Part shown: piece by piece, positions 49,007-61,862 of the stretch
Layout of the letters: each line of letters opens with the position of its first letter
Position numbering within the stretch: position 1 is the first letter of the stretch
Origin: Harriotta raleighana
Taxonomy: Eukaryota
Direction: 5' to 3'
Assembly (NCBI GenBank): GCA_050575255.1
Contig: JBNZDD010013634.1
Coordinates: 1,882,494 to 1,946,493, forward strand
Length of the DNA: 64,000 bases
The notes under the pieces: model-generated
What the model saw: only the letters and a program-made list of their open reading frames with translations
Told to the model about the DNA's origin: nothing
The model's database searches: none
Position numbers and translations under genes: made by a program

Positions 49007-51193
49007 AGACTGCATTAGGTAATCTCATCTCAATCTGGGTAGAGTTCCTCCACATGGTCTATTAATGGGTGGTCTGCACACTCTCCAGGTGGTTCTGCTT
49101 GGCACAGAATGAGCAACAACCCAGCCTCGTGCCACCTCCAAAACCTGGGCTCACGTTCAGTCCCATTGAAGGTGAAATTCTTGTCATCTTGACAGCTGTA
49201 CAGAGCCTAATTGAAAAATATTTGGGCAGTTTCAACCTAGCTCCCAGTGGACGGAAGTGTGCAACATAAATATCCCCTCACATTTAGCCCATTTGGCATT
49301 AGTTTGGCAATATTGTTATAGAGCCTGTAAGAACACACAGTGTAGGAAATGGAAATATCACACTAGTGACTGAGCAAAGCTCTTCTGGGCTTTGGCTGAA
49401 GGCCCTACTTTCTATTACCAGAATTTGCAATGAACCAAATCCTGCACCAATTCCTAATGATAAAAAAAACATTGATGGGATTTAAATCTGTTGTGTGGAG
49501 CAGGCATGCCCTGGATGCCACTACTGCATGCTGCCCAGATCCACATCTGTTTAGCGCTGTGAGTCACTACCCTGCGTGAAAGGCGCTATATAATACAAGT
49601 TGTTGAAATGGAATTTAGCCAAGCACCAACAGCAGCAACCATGTAAACGAAGATTAGTCAAAATCTAAGGCATAAAAAAGGAAGATTTACTGTAGAAGAG
49701 GAGCATTACAGAGAAACACCATCCGAGAGAGAGCAGCAAAGCTACCGGTGAAGAATATACTTGGCCAAAGGCCAAGCCTCCTGATGGTTTTCAATGCAGC
49801 CGTTTAAAATGATCTGGAGAAGCGAGAGAGCAACCAACACACTTGGGAATTGCTGGGAAAATTGCGAAAACCAGACATGTCACACCTCATTCGTACATTC
49901 CATAACTGGTCAGGCTAGCTCTGGAATAACATACATTTTGAAACAGAAATTGGCCAGTTGTGACTCATATGCTTGAGAATATAAAGTGCCCAAAGTCCTC
50001 AACTTTTCCCTACTTTTACCCCTTTACACCCTTACTTCCCAAGTAACTAGCCATCATCATTTTGAACATCCCAATTGATTCAGCTTTTGCTTATTTTACN
50101 AGACTGCATTAGGTAATCTCATCTCAATCTGGGTAGAGTTCCTCCACATGGTCTATTAATGGGTGGTCTGCACACTCTCCAGGTGGTTCTGCTTGGCACA
50201 GAATGAGCAACAACCCAGCCTCGTGCCACCTCCAAAACCTGGGCTCACATTCAGTCCCATTGAAGGTGAAATTCTTGTCATCTTGACAGCTGTACAGAGC
50301 CTAATTGAAAAATATTTGGGCAGTTTCAACCTAGCTCCCAGTGGACGGAAGTGTGCAACATAAATATCCCCTCACATTTAGCCCATTTGGCATTAGTTTG
50401 GCAATATTGTTATAGAGCCTGTAAGAACACACAGTGTAGGAAATGGAAATATCACACTAGTGACTGAGCAAAGCTCTTCTGGGCTTTGGCTGAAGGCCCT
50501 ACTTTCTATTACCAGAATTTGCAATGAACCAAATCCTGCACCAATTCCTAATGATAAAAAAAACATTGATGGGATTTAAATCTGTTGTGTGGAGCAGGCA
50601 TGCCCTGGATGCCACTACTGCATGCTGCCCAGATCCACATCTGTTTAGCGCTGTGAGTCACTACCCTGCGTGAAAGGCGCTATATAATACAAGTTGTTGA
50701 AATGGAATTTAGCCAAGCACCAACAGCAGCAACCATGTAAACGAAGATTAGTCAAAATCTAAGGCATAAAAAAGGAAGATTTACTGTAGAAGAGGAGCAT
50801 TACAGAGAAACACCATCCGAGAGAGAGCAGCAAAGCTACCGGTGAAGAATATACTTGGCCAAAGGCCAAGCCTCCTGATGGTTTTCAATGCAGCCGTTTA
50901 AAATGATCTGGAGAAGCGAGAGAGCAACCAACACACTTGGGAATTGCTGGGAAAATTGCGAAAACCAGACATGTCACACCTCATTCGTACATTCCATAAC
51001 TGGTCAGGCTAGCTCTGGAATAACATACATTTTGAAACAGAAATTGGCCAGTTGTGACTCATATGCTTGAGAATATAAAGTGCCCAAAGTCCTCAACTTT
51101 TCCCTACTTTTACCCCTTTACACCCTTACTTCCCAAGTAACTAGCCATCATCATTTTGAACATCCCAATTGATTCAGCTTTTGCTTATTTTAC
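49007..51193. repeat. 1093-bp near-identical tandem duplication (49007-50099 / 50101-51193) joined by a single N; probable assembly artefact
   Basis: Offset 1094 with N at 50100; one substitution seen by eye. Confidence 0.95.
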
Positions 51194-51245
51194 GTTTGAA
51201 AACTCAACCTCTTTACTGCAGTCATGCTGGATGGTGTCATATTAC

Positions 51246-52490
51246 CTGTTGTGGATCTTTCTGTGAAGGTTTAAATCCTTTTTCTGTCTCCTGGTGACGG
51301 GAGGGGCGGGAGTGGAGGGGAGAGGTGGCGGAGAGGCAGGGGGTGGTGTGGGAGGTAGGCTGTTGTTGGGTGTGCTCCTATGGTTTTTATCAGCTTCGTA
51401 TTCGAAGGTGCGTTTGGGTTTTGGCACGGGATTGACCACAATGCCGGGCGAGTCCTCGGCGGGCAACCCAGGCTTGTGATAAGAAGTGTCCGTACCCTGC
51501 CCTTGCTCTTGATGCAGTGGGGTTTGCTCCAGGACAGGTTCAGAGTCAGTCTCTGTTAGCTCTGGGTCAGCACTGACACACTTTGTGACACTACCCGTTT
51601 CCCGGACATCCTCCGAAACACTCAAGGCCAAAGATTTTCTCCTCAGTAGTTCCTTCGCGTAGCAGCTGCTGGGCAACTGTGGAAGGTCTTTATTGGGGCT
51701 TTCCTTGAGAGTTTGCTCAATTTTCTGAATCCTGCACAGTACGGCAGAAGTCTGTTTTTTCCTGGAGCATTCTTTGACGAAAGTGTTAGGAGACTGAGTT
51801 CTCCCAAGCACTTTCTCGTATCTGGCCAGTGGCTCTTTATCGAGGACCTCGTCCTCGGTCTCAGGGTACGAACACTCCGAGAATGACCTACTCATCCTTC
51901 TGAATCCCGTCAGGTCAAAAGTCTTTTCACTGCACGGTGAAGGCAGCACGCTGGGGCAGCCCTCGCTGCTACCCCTATCTCCAAGCTTTCTCTTGTCCAG
52001 CATCAGACTGCGCCTGGGAGACATTGCCTTCCTGCATTCCCATTCTGAAATCTTCTGTCTGATGTCCTGAGTCTGAGAGCGTACGCTGGTTCTGCTGAGT
52101 GAGAGGTTGCGGATTGCAGTGGCGGTTCCCAATGACAGTGCCCTGCGTTTGACCGGATTACATCCTATCCCATCCCCGCTGGGACCCTCGGCGAAATCGT
52201 CCACTGGTTGTTTCCGTTCCCCAGCTCCCTCGACCTTGTCACCTGGCCTGTTTTTCTCCAGGCACCCGATGCTCACAGCCTTCAGTAAGTGGCTGGGAGA
52301 TTCAATGTTGCACGAATGCAGGAAGCTGCTTCTTGGGGTAGCTTCTCCTGAACCGCAATCCCTCAGGCTTAGACGCGGCGCTGAGACGCGGGCATAGCGA
52401 ACGGGCCTGTAGGAGTCTTCACCGTCGCTCAGAGGATATGTGGGGCTTCTCACCAGAGTCCGCAGAGGGGCGGGAGATACTGACCGGCAC
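51246..52490 (-). CDS. DENND2B: DENND2B large exon (1245 nt), N-terminal proline-rich region
   Basis: TTCTTTGCAG acceptor at 52500-52491 and AG|GTAAT donor. Encodes RSPTYPLSD, IRQKISEWE, CPSVLPSPCSEKTFD, FSECSYPETE, RIQKIEQ, VNPVPKPKRTFEYEADKN and PPPLPSTPAPPVTRR, as in ST5. Confidence 0.96.
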
Positions 52491-52597
52491 CTGCAAAGAA
52501 ACAGGAAGCTATTAAAGATGTGAAGCGAGCTTCTGAACGTGAGATGTGGAATTCCCTGTGGGTCTTCCAGTTATCCAAAGGAAACCCTTTATTAGAT

Positions 52598-52835
52598 AAG
52601 TGTGAAATTAGGAAGTATTTTGTCATGCAAAAGGTATTGGGAATCTGGCACTCTTTCCATCCAAAAGGGTGTGGATGCTGAATCCATTAACATTTTCAAG
52701 ACTATTCAAGTGAATAGTTATTTGTTAGGTCAGGGAATCGAGGGATACAAGGCAAAGGTATAGGTCAGCCATGATCTAATAGAATCATGGAACAAGCCTG
52801 AGGGGCTAAATGGCCTAGTCTTCCTGTTCCTATAT
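52598..52835 (+). mobile_element. CR1 3' fragment
   Basis: GTGAAATTAGGAAG...GGAATCTGG...TTTTCAAGACT...GAGGGGCTAAATGGCCT...CCTGTTCCTAT. Confidence 0.65.
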
Positions 52836-53161
52836 ATGGAGTGGGGAATGGAGTTCCCTGTGGGTCTTTTGGTTATCTGAAGGAAACCTCTCTTAGATTC
52901 CACAATTTTAAAAAAACATGTGAAATGCCCGGGATTTAGACGTCACACAAAAAGTGCAGAAGAGTTGCTCAGCTGTATGCCTGACCTCAAAGCATGCTGT
53001 CTCCATGTCAGGTGCCGAATATGGAAAAAATTTCTGTTCCAAGCACTTGCCTTATAGAATGCAAAACAAATCGCAGCAAAAATGAATGTTTCAAAGACAA
53101 ATGGAGCAGAACCCTCCTAATGAATGACACCAGCAGGTATACTTAGGCGGGACATAGACAC

Positions 53162-53225
53162 GGGGGGGGGGGGGGGGGGNNNNNNNNNNNNNNNNNNNNN
53201 NNNNNNNNNNNNNNNNNNNNNNNNN

Positions 53226-53263
<38 letters not shown>
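53162..53263. repeat. Poly-G tract containing an assembly gap (N 53180-53225)
   Basis: G runs on both sides of the N stretch. Confidence 0.95.
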
Positions 53264-53264
<1 letters not shown>

Positions 53265-56200
53265 ATTGTGGGTGGGTAGTTATATGACGTTTAATTTATA
53301 GCGTCAATAGAACTCTTTAAAACTAAATCGTAAGTTGGTAATTCGTTCCAGGATATTTGCTGTGCATTTCAACAAGTGCCAAGATATTGTGTATCCGATT
53401 TAGCTAACGAGAAATAAAAGTCCTTCATAAGCCTGAAGTATCCAATGCTTCATTTAGTATTCCCCGCTAGTTTACTGTGGTGCATTCAGTGCCACAGACC
53501 ACATGCAGTAGGAGAAGTACACGAGTGCCAAAAAGACAGGGTCCCTTCAGCCACTGTTCACATCTGCCCACCATATGATGGAAATTATATAACGTACATG
53601 AGCATTCGATTGACGCACTCAATGATGGACTAAAATAGACGCCACATTTTCATCAGTTTCAATGAGGGTATTGAGCTGTGAGTTGGGCTATCTTTGTTGG
53701 TTGCTTAAGGCAGGTCTGACAGGAACTAAATACGAAATGTTAACCTCAGCGATTGACTTGTGCTGTCATGACAACCACCTCATTCATCACCTCAGAGCTG
53801 ATCAATCAAATAAGCTCCACAAATGAACCAATGCAGCAACCAACAGATTGATTGGTGGTTGAACTCCACAGCCCTTATTCAATGGTCACTTCTCTGAAAC
53901 AGAGCATCCAGAGCATCCGATTACTCAGCAAGGTGTTCAGTGACCAGCCTGCTGTATAACAGCTCCGGGACGCTACCCTGTGTGAAGGGCGCTATATAAA
54001 TGCAAGTTGTTGTTGTGCTTGTATAAGCTGTTGCTTTAAGTAGGTGTCGTTTGAAACTGAGTCCCTCCCTTTCCTAGGTTATAGATGGGATGCAGCATTT
54101 AGATAAAACACCAGCAAAACCTTTAAGCTTACAAGCACTCTTTTTGTATCGCTTATCTCCTGTCATCTCCCTACCTTGGTTTTTTCCAGCTCTCTGTCAG
54201 ATTTGACAGCTAGGATCTGTCCAGGGCCTTGGGACATCCTCCTGACATGAAAAGCTCTATACAAATGTAATTTTGCTGCTGTTGTTATCAATCCACATAA
54301 CTACCTCTGGAACCCAATTGTTTATCTTTCCATCCTCCTTCCCAAGTTTGAATCTTTATCTTGTTATTGAATTGCCGTTGAATACCATCCCATTCGCCCA
54401 CAAATATACAGTCGGTTTTTCCTACTTTCCTTCCCCCTACTCCTCCCCCACTGTTCTGATCCCTACTTGACTGTTCGGCGCCTTGGGACGTCCTCTCGAC
54501 GTGAAAGGCGCCATATAAATGTAATTTTGATTGATTGATTGATCTTGTGTTGGTCTGGAGTGTAATTCGTTGCTAGTCTATTTCTCCTGTCAGTATAATG
54601 CTTTCTCTCACACATTGCATCCAGCCGACAAGCAGCTGACGCACACAAAGCACGTCTTGGGTTTGATGAATGAGGCTGCAACAAGAAGATTCTCAGCTTC
54701 TTCAGGACAACACACACATTAGCCCAGCTGGCTCTCTGCGATTGCCAATTACACCGAAACACTTAAGAACTTTCTTAACCTCAAAAAAGAGAAAGGTCTG
54801 AAACGCTGAGGTGCGGTTGCTGTGGGTACTTTCCCTGCTTATTATAAGCCTGTATCCGTTCATTAAAAGTGACAAACGTTACCACTGTTTGAAGTGCAGG
54901 TTTATGTATCATGCATAATGCTAGGGCTCATTTCCTGATATGAGGTCGGTAGAGAGACGCCCTTTATTATTATAACTAGTCTGTGTTGGCAGATAATTTT
55001 TTTTTGCAAGGAATGACCCCTTCATATATGTATTATTGCTTTGATGGTTGTGAAAGCATTCAGCATATTTCTTCACCAGCCTTTGTGCAATCTCTCCAAC
55101 TAACCTACCCGGATTTTACTTTTGCGTTATTTATTTTTGTTATACGTCAGACTATCATCAGCTTTGAGCTGTGGCTCGTTGACAATTTGGTTCTACTGGG
55201 ATTCCTATCACAACCTGTATTATTGGCATTCGCTCAACAACAGCAACTTGCATTTATATCGCTCCCTTCACGCTGGGTAGGGTCTCTGAGAGCTTCAGAG
55301 TAGCTGACCCTGAGCCAGGCACTCACTCATCTGTATTGACAGCAAGCCTCACCCAGGACCAAAGGGGATTCGTGAAATTGCTTTGGGGTGATACTGTATT
55401 GAGTTAAATAGTAAAGGAATGCAATGTGTGAATATTCCAGACACCTAATGATATAATAAATGCCATTTTTAGTAACCTCCTTCCATGCAAAATAAACGTC
55501 AACACACTTTGCAAATAGAATGGATTAGAAATGAAAGTAAATGTTCTCGAAAGACAAATGTAACTTGTCCTGGGAGTGAATTCAGTGGATTTCAGATTCT
55601 GAAACCATCTGGATTGAGATGAAATCCGCATTGATCCAAGTGGTTTCCCCCCGTTTCTAACTTGGATGGACTTTCTTACACGGCTAGACTTGCAGCGAGA
55701 ACATCCCGTAGGACACACACTACAGAGGAAAAACCCGAAGTTGAGAGGTTATTTTGTTCGAGTTGTTTATCCAGACCGCAAGAGCAGTTTGTGATGACTT
55801 CATTGCGTCTTTGTACTCACTGCTCTGATCATCTGGCTCCTCAACACAAACAGGATGTGCCATCCCTCGGAGATACAGAAAGTACAGTGGTCAATCTTGC
55901 TGAAGTAAATACTAATTATTCTGTTTACTGTTCAAAACATATTCTCTCAGCATACAAGCTAACCTAGTCGGTGTTGAATTGTTGCTGTAGTTTTCCTGGA
56001 AGATTATAGTAAGCGATGCTTCATTTTGTGTTCTTCTTTCTTTCCCTTGCCAGCGCTTTATCACATCAAAGGAGAGCTTGCCAAATAAATACCGTACACA
56101 GTGAACATTTTTGTAAGCAAACATGGCAGTCATTAGCTCCAGCAAAGTCTCACAAACAGTTATGATGCCCAGCTCGATTGCACTCTGGCCTCGGACTCAG

Positions 56201-59200
56201 AATGTATGGGTTGAAGCTCCACGATAGAGCTGATGCTTCAGTCCAATGCTGGATTTTCACAGACACAATTTTCAGAGATCTGTTATGGAGGTGTACATAT
56301 GATTTCTATGGCTTTACAAGCAACATGTAGAAAATTCTTGGCCGTTCGGAAGGATGATGTATATTGCTTCCTGGAAGTTTGGTAAAGAATGCACACACAC
56401 CTGATTTGTGGAGGACCGATGGAGGCGAAGTATCTGTAGTATCTACTGTAGAAAAAGAACTTTGGGAAATGTTTGGAATGGAGAAGAAAAGATTGAGGCC
56501 AGGTACGCACACTGAAGATCTTCAGATCTTAGGCCAGAGCTCACAAAGAGGACCGCAGTTTCACTTAAGTTGCAATAATCAGTGTGATAGCACAAGGCTA
56601 TTCGCAACTCCGTTGGTTGAAGCATCGAGGCATATTTCAACAGAAAGTTAATCGTTTGATGATCGGAGCTCACGCTGGCATTTCCTACACCATGAAAACG
56701 TGGAGTCAATTGATCTGTTTGTTTGCAGTATCTATAGCCAGTAGCAACACCACAATACTTGTATAGAATTTCAATTCCTGCAGTGGGTTATATAAACCAA
56801 TATTTATTCAGACTTCTAGAGCTGGTAACTAGCAATGCACAAAAGACTAATTGTGGAAATGCGTCTGATAAGATCACATGATCTATTCAGTCTTTATGTA
56901 ATAATGAACCCAAGGACAACGCATGACCCAATTCAGGGGCCTGCTGATTCCTTCCCACATCCAAATTGTTAGGAACAAATGCTAGTGTCCTGAGCACATT
57001 CTGTCAATAGAATGGACCAATATCCCAAAAGGTCTCACCACATCGCGACTGTGTTACTGTGTCCTTCTCGGGTCACGGAATAGTCGCTTAGCTTATCTCG
57101 ATCCTGTGTTGAGTTTTCAACGTTTTACTTAGGAAAAAATAAATAGTGGTTTGGTCGCGCAGAATGTCCCGACAAAGCAAGTTTGTGAGCGCTTTACACG
57201 CTCTTCTTAGTGAAGGAAGATGTCTTGCACAATGAACAGTGTGATCGTCAATGGCTGGCTTTATTTGAGGAGAGAGTCATCAGCCTTCTTTGCGGGCAAA
57301 CCATATCAAGCGGCTCGTGGTAACCTCTTTCTTTCTGTCTGTCTGGCTGCAGCTACGGAGGACGTCGCTGAACCATTTCTCTCTTTACCAGCAAGTACTT
57401 TCACGCTTTGACCTGTAACACTTGCTTCTCAGATTCATGGCTACACAATGGCCAATCTGCCTCAGCTGCCATCTTTAAGCTTTCGCCATGGTGACCACGG
57501 GTCTGTCAGCCTATTAGAGCGGGGGGCTACAATAAAGGGAATGGCCTGCAGCGTTAGGAGGATGGATGGAAGTTTCTGAGAGTTTATTGTTAGTTTAATC
57601 CCATCGAGGCAAACCTGGGACTAAACAAAGAACCATTAGCTATTAGGATGTCAATCTCAGCTCAAAGCAGGCAGAGCCAGGAATGTGGCGAGATCTTATG
57701 CACATTCAACTGGGCTCGATATCATGACACTAGTTCATTTTGCTGCTGGGCAAGGTTATATTCAAGAATATATACCAGTGACTGATATTACATAACCAAG
57801 TCTTTCTCCTGGTTAGTATTTGCACTGTGAACTTGCAGTAGATTAATAAGTAACTGGTTGAGCGTAGGAAATGGAGAGTTGTTTGTTTGTGTTCATTCAG
57901 AGGCCAGAGAAACGGTCCTGTCAACTGACTGTGGACTTTTCTGTTGCCGCTTCTTCACAGAGATTCACATCGAGCTGATAAACCAGATGATAAGCCTCGC
58001 TCCTGATTTCAGCTAACAACTGGAATGCAGCAGGCAGTCTCCTGGCACATCAACTGAGGGCTGCCCTCACTACAAACCCTAGAGAAATTACATTCCTTTT
58101 GGTTTACCCTGACCTGCACTTAATTAAATCTCTTGAGGCCTGAGATTACAAATAGGCTTTAGAAAAGTTTGGTGCTTCTCTACACTGGGTTTTTCTTAAC
58201 AGAGCAGATGCCATTGCCAGTGCCACACTTTCATATAAACAACCATCCACAAGGAGGATCTCCATTCATTCACCTACAAAGTACACAGTCACTACACTTT
58301 ACAAATAAAACCCTAGGAAGCCCTCTGAGATATCCTCCCAACATAAGAGGCGTTAAATCAAAAGCAAGGATTATTCTGTCTCTGGGTGTGAGAACACTCT
58401 GCATCTCAGATCTCTTGTTCAACATTCACACACCACGTGTGGAAGAAATGTCTCATGATGTTTCTTGTTAACTTCCTCTGCTGTGATTTTCAGATGATGT
58501 CCCCCCGTTCTGGGCTTTCCTCACTAGAGGGAAGAACCTTTCTCTCGATTATTTTAAATAAAATTGATGTATTGCCATTGTAACCGATTTCCCAATCACT
58601 GGCTGGTGCAGAGCCTCTCCTGGGAGCTTCACGTCAGTTCGTCACTTAATCTCTCTACACAAGTACTTGACATTCAAGTTTTTAAATTAACCTCACCCTC
58701 CTTCAATCACAACATTTCTTTAGTGTAAATATACTGGACCCGCATCAGTAATCCACCTCAGCTACACACTACATTAACAGCAACCATTACAGAAAGGCAG
58801 GTTAACCCTCCACTTTACTTGGATCTTTGAACCTAAGGCCAGATGCATGCAGTTGTCAGTCAGGCCCGCAGCCATCCCGCTCTCCGCACAGAACACAGAG
58901 TTCAACCCAAGCCAAGGCGAATGGCTGTGCGGCTGTGTCAGCCCTCAGCTATTTCCTGTTGCAAACGGCTGATACTAAGCCTGCGGGAAAAGAACCAAGT
59001 CAGTCTGATCAAGAATATCTGTGCATAAGATATCACCGAGAGATGCAATTTGAAGCATCACAAATCTGAGTGCAAAAGCAAACACAGCGACTCTGACACT
59101 GATAGACCCGCTATACTCTCAGGCACAGGCACTGATTTGTTGTAGATTTCTCAGGTTCATTTATAGCTAAACAAGAGGACCCAGGTTTGATTCTAGGCTG

Positions 59201-60678
59201 GGGGAAACATCAGACAAGTTTCCTTATTCCATTCGCTTCTGTTTTCCAAACAGTAAATAGAAAATGGTTGTTAGTTGTTAAGGAAGATAATAATTCCTCA
59301 AAACAAAATAGGGCTATGCAATCCACGACCTTTGTGGGACACTGCTGTGTGCATTTGACTGCTGTGTTTCTCCCCCCAAATATACAATCTCTACACTTCA
59401 CAATATATTCTGTGAATCACTTTGGGACATCTCAACAACATGGTAAAGCACTAAATCAAATGCAAAAATTATTACTATTATTATAAGTGCTTTCCCAGAG
59501 CAGGAAAGTGATTTGATGTGTAGAGACATTCAGTTCCAGAGTCAAAACAACCAAGCTTCACCAAGAGTATCTGTGATATTTGGAAGATAAGGTGGAGGCG
59601 TTCTTTCAGACAGAGAGAGTGAATACAGGAGTCAGACTCTGCTGCTCATACATACCTCTTAAAGACCAGTAATCAAATCACTGCCAGGTTTCTGAGCAAA
59701 TCACTTGACTCATCCTTTCAACCAAAGAATTACTAATGACAGTTAAACTTGAAGGTGGGGGACAGGAACAAAGGCATTCAGCAATCCCACCGCTCTCACA
59801 CTTATGTGGCAGGAAATCTCTTAAAATATTATCAATTCTGTAAGAGTTTCCTTGTGTATTCATAAGACCTTGCACAGTGTCTGTTCCGAGAGAATTTTCT
59901 TAAACAAAAATACAGCTAATGGGAGCTATGCCATTGCACAGATGGATAAACACTATTTTCTGCAAGTTGCTTTTTTATATCTAGACAAGGCATTTTTAAA
60001 TATCCTTTCTCTATCCCACCTCATTTGTTCATTCTATCAATCTCTCCTTTCAGCTGATTTGCTGCATAAATTTACCAAATGCAATATTGGCTTCGGTAGA
60101 CATGAATGCGAAGCTCAAATCAATCTTGTTGTCAAGCTTTCTCGAAGCATCTCATTTAGTCACTCTGGGAAGAGTCCTCTTCCTAGGTCATTTGTTTTCC
60201 CCTCCCTCTTCTCTGAGAGCCATCGATGTTTACTGCAGTTAGTCTCTGTGACATTAATGGATTGACTGTGGCCGATGAAGCAATTTGTTGGCTTGCGTTT
60301 TGGGCGATTTGTTAACCATATGAACTTGAAAGTGAAAATTAATAGGTGACTCTTGCCCTTTCTATCCAGCCAGGAGAATACCACTAGTAAACGCCAGAAT
60401 GCAGCACATTGCCCGAGTAACTATTTTCATTTGAGCACTCAGACAAGGAGTGTTAACAGAAGACGCAAACTCAATGTGATTCTCATCCATACTCACACAC
60501 CGTCACCAATAGCTACTGAACAGCAGTCTGATTGGCAATGTTTTCTCCTACTATAGTCACTGAAAATGCAGTTGTTGAGAAAACTACATTTTTCTTAAAG
60601 AAAAAACTTAATACAACTACAGGTAAGAATAAGAGCTTAATTCTACTCCCAAGCTGCCTTAAACCAATGTTAATTTTT

Positions 60679-60846
60679 ATCTGAAACAAAAACAGAAATC
60701 ACTGGGAGCACTCAGCTGGTCAGGCAGCATCTATGGAGAAAGGATAAGATTTCCTGCCTCCATAGATGCTGCCTGACCTACTGAGTGTTCTCAACGATTT
60801 CTGTTTTTGTTTCAGATTTCCAGCATCTGCAGTGTTTTGCGTTTTT
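60679..60846. mobile_element. Palindromic Penelope-like relic with the hammerhead centre deleted
   Basis: Arms 60679-60738 and 60758-60817 are near-perfect reverse complements; same family as 12353. Confidence 0.7.
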
Positions 60847-61321
60847 GTTCATTTTTATTTGATTTGCTGATTTCTCCTGTAACTTCTAAAGAATTGTGCT
60901 CCCCAGTATTTTTTGAGGTGTATGAATAAGTTGTGATCTGGAGAGGTAACATTTGCCTTTACCCTTCCAATTGTCCACATGGCGAGGGCTTGGTCTGAAT
61001 GTAACGTGGGAAAGTGAGAATTTGTATAACTGTTCAAAGGGGACAAATGAATACTTCAATTCTCATGGGGCCAGCAGGGCGAGGAAAGTTCAAGAGATCA
61101 TTATCTGTTGGTCATCAGTTGGCAGATGCAGAACTCAGATATACTCCAACAGGAAGCTCATGGGCTACTGTCTGAAAAATTAAATAAAGCAGTAATAATC
61201 CTTGCATTTAATATAGCCCCTTTCACATTGGGAGGAGTTCTCATAGCACTTCACAGGTTATACAGTAAAAGACAACACGTTTTATAGGGCAAACACGGTA
61301 GCCACATTTAACCAATCTTAC

Positions 61322-61508
61322 TTGGGATCTTTAACGTTAACCTGAATGGGACCTCAGTTTAATGTCTTGTCAGGTGGACTGCACCTTGGATAATGCAGCA
61401 CTGTATTGGAATGTCAGTCTAGACTTGTGAGTTTAAAGTATCAATTTGAGGTTTGAACACACAGCCTTCTGACGCAGATGTGAGATTCCTGCCAACCGAG
61501 TGAGGCAG
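61322..61508 (-). mobile_element. Deu-domain SINE head and core fragment
   Basis: GGGATCTTTAACGT...GGGACCTCAGTTTAATGTCT...TTTGAAC.CACAGCCTTCTGAC.CAGA is the reverse complement of a DeuSINE 5' part. Confidence 0.5.
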
Positions 61509-61588
61509 CCACAATGTCATATGTTTTTGGATTGCCACACAATTAGGTTATTCTGCAAGAGGGAGCCTGATATCAGCATTCAGACTGT

Positions 61589-61862
61589 AATAATAATAAT
61601 AAACCTTGTATTCCATATAGCGCTTTTCACGTCTGCTAGACATCTCAAAGCTCAATATACTGTAAAGTGAATTGACTTTCCTGTAATTGTGGGCGAAGCG
61701 CGGTAGGCAATTCACACAATACTGTCCTACAAACAGTTGTGGATTGAAATGACCAAATTTTTTTTTGTTTTTAAGGGATTATTATTAGTCGTGTGGAGTA
61801 AGGGAATTTGCCCAAGGTTTCACCCTACCAGGAATTGAATCCAGGTCTCTCACTTGCGAGGC
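61589..61862 (-). mobile_element. tRNA-derived SINE (same family as 8362)
   Basis: (AAT)n tail, ATATAGCGCTTTTCAC, GGGATTATTATTAG, TTTGCCCAAGGTTTCACC. Confidence 0.8.

Larger units (their letters stand above)
1796..52490 (-). other. DENND2B: DENND2B/ST5 gene span (18 coding exons in window; first coding exon not seen)
   Basis: Spliced exons give a continuous frame collinear with ST5: a proline-rich N-terminal region, then uDENN-cDENN-dDENN, ending GNKMKFLHKKS*. Confidence 0.96.
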
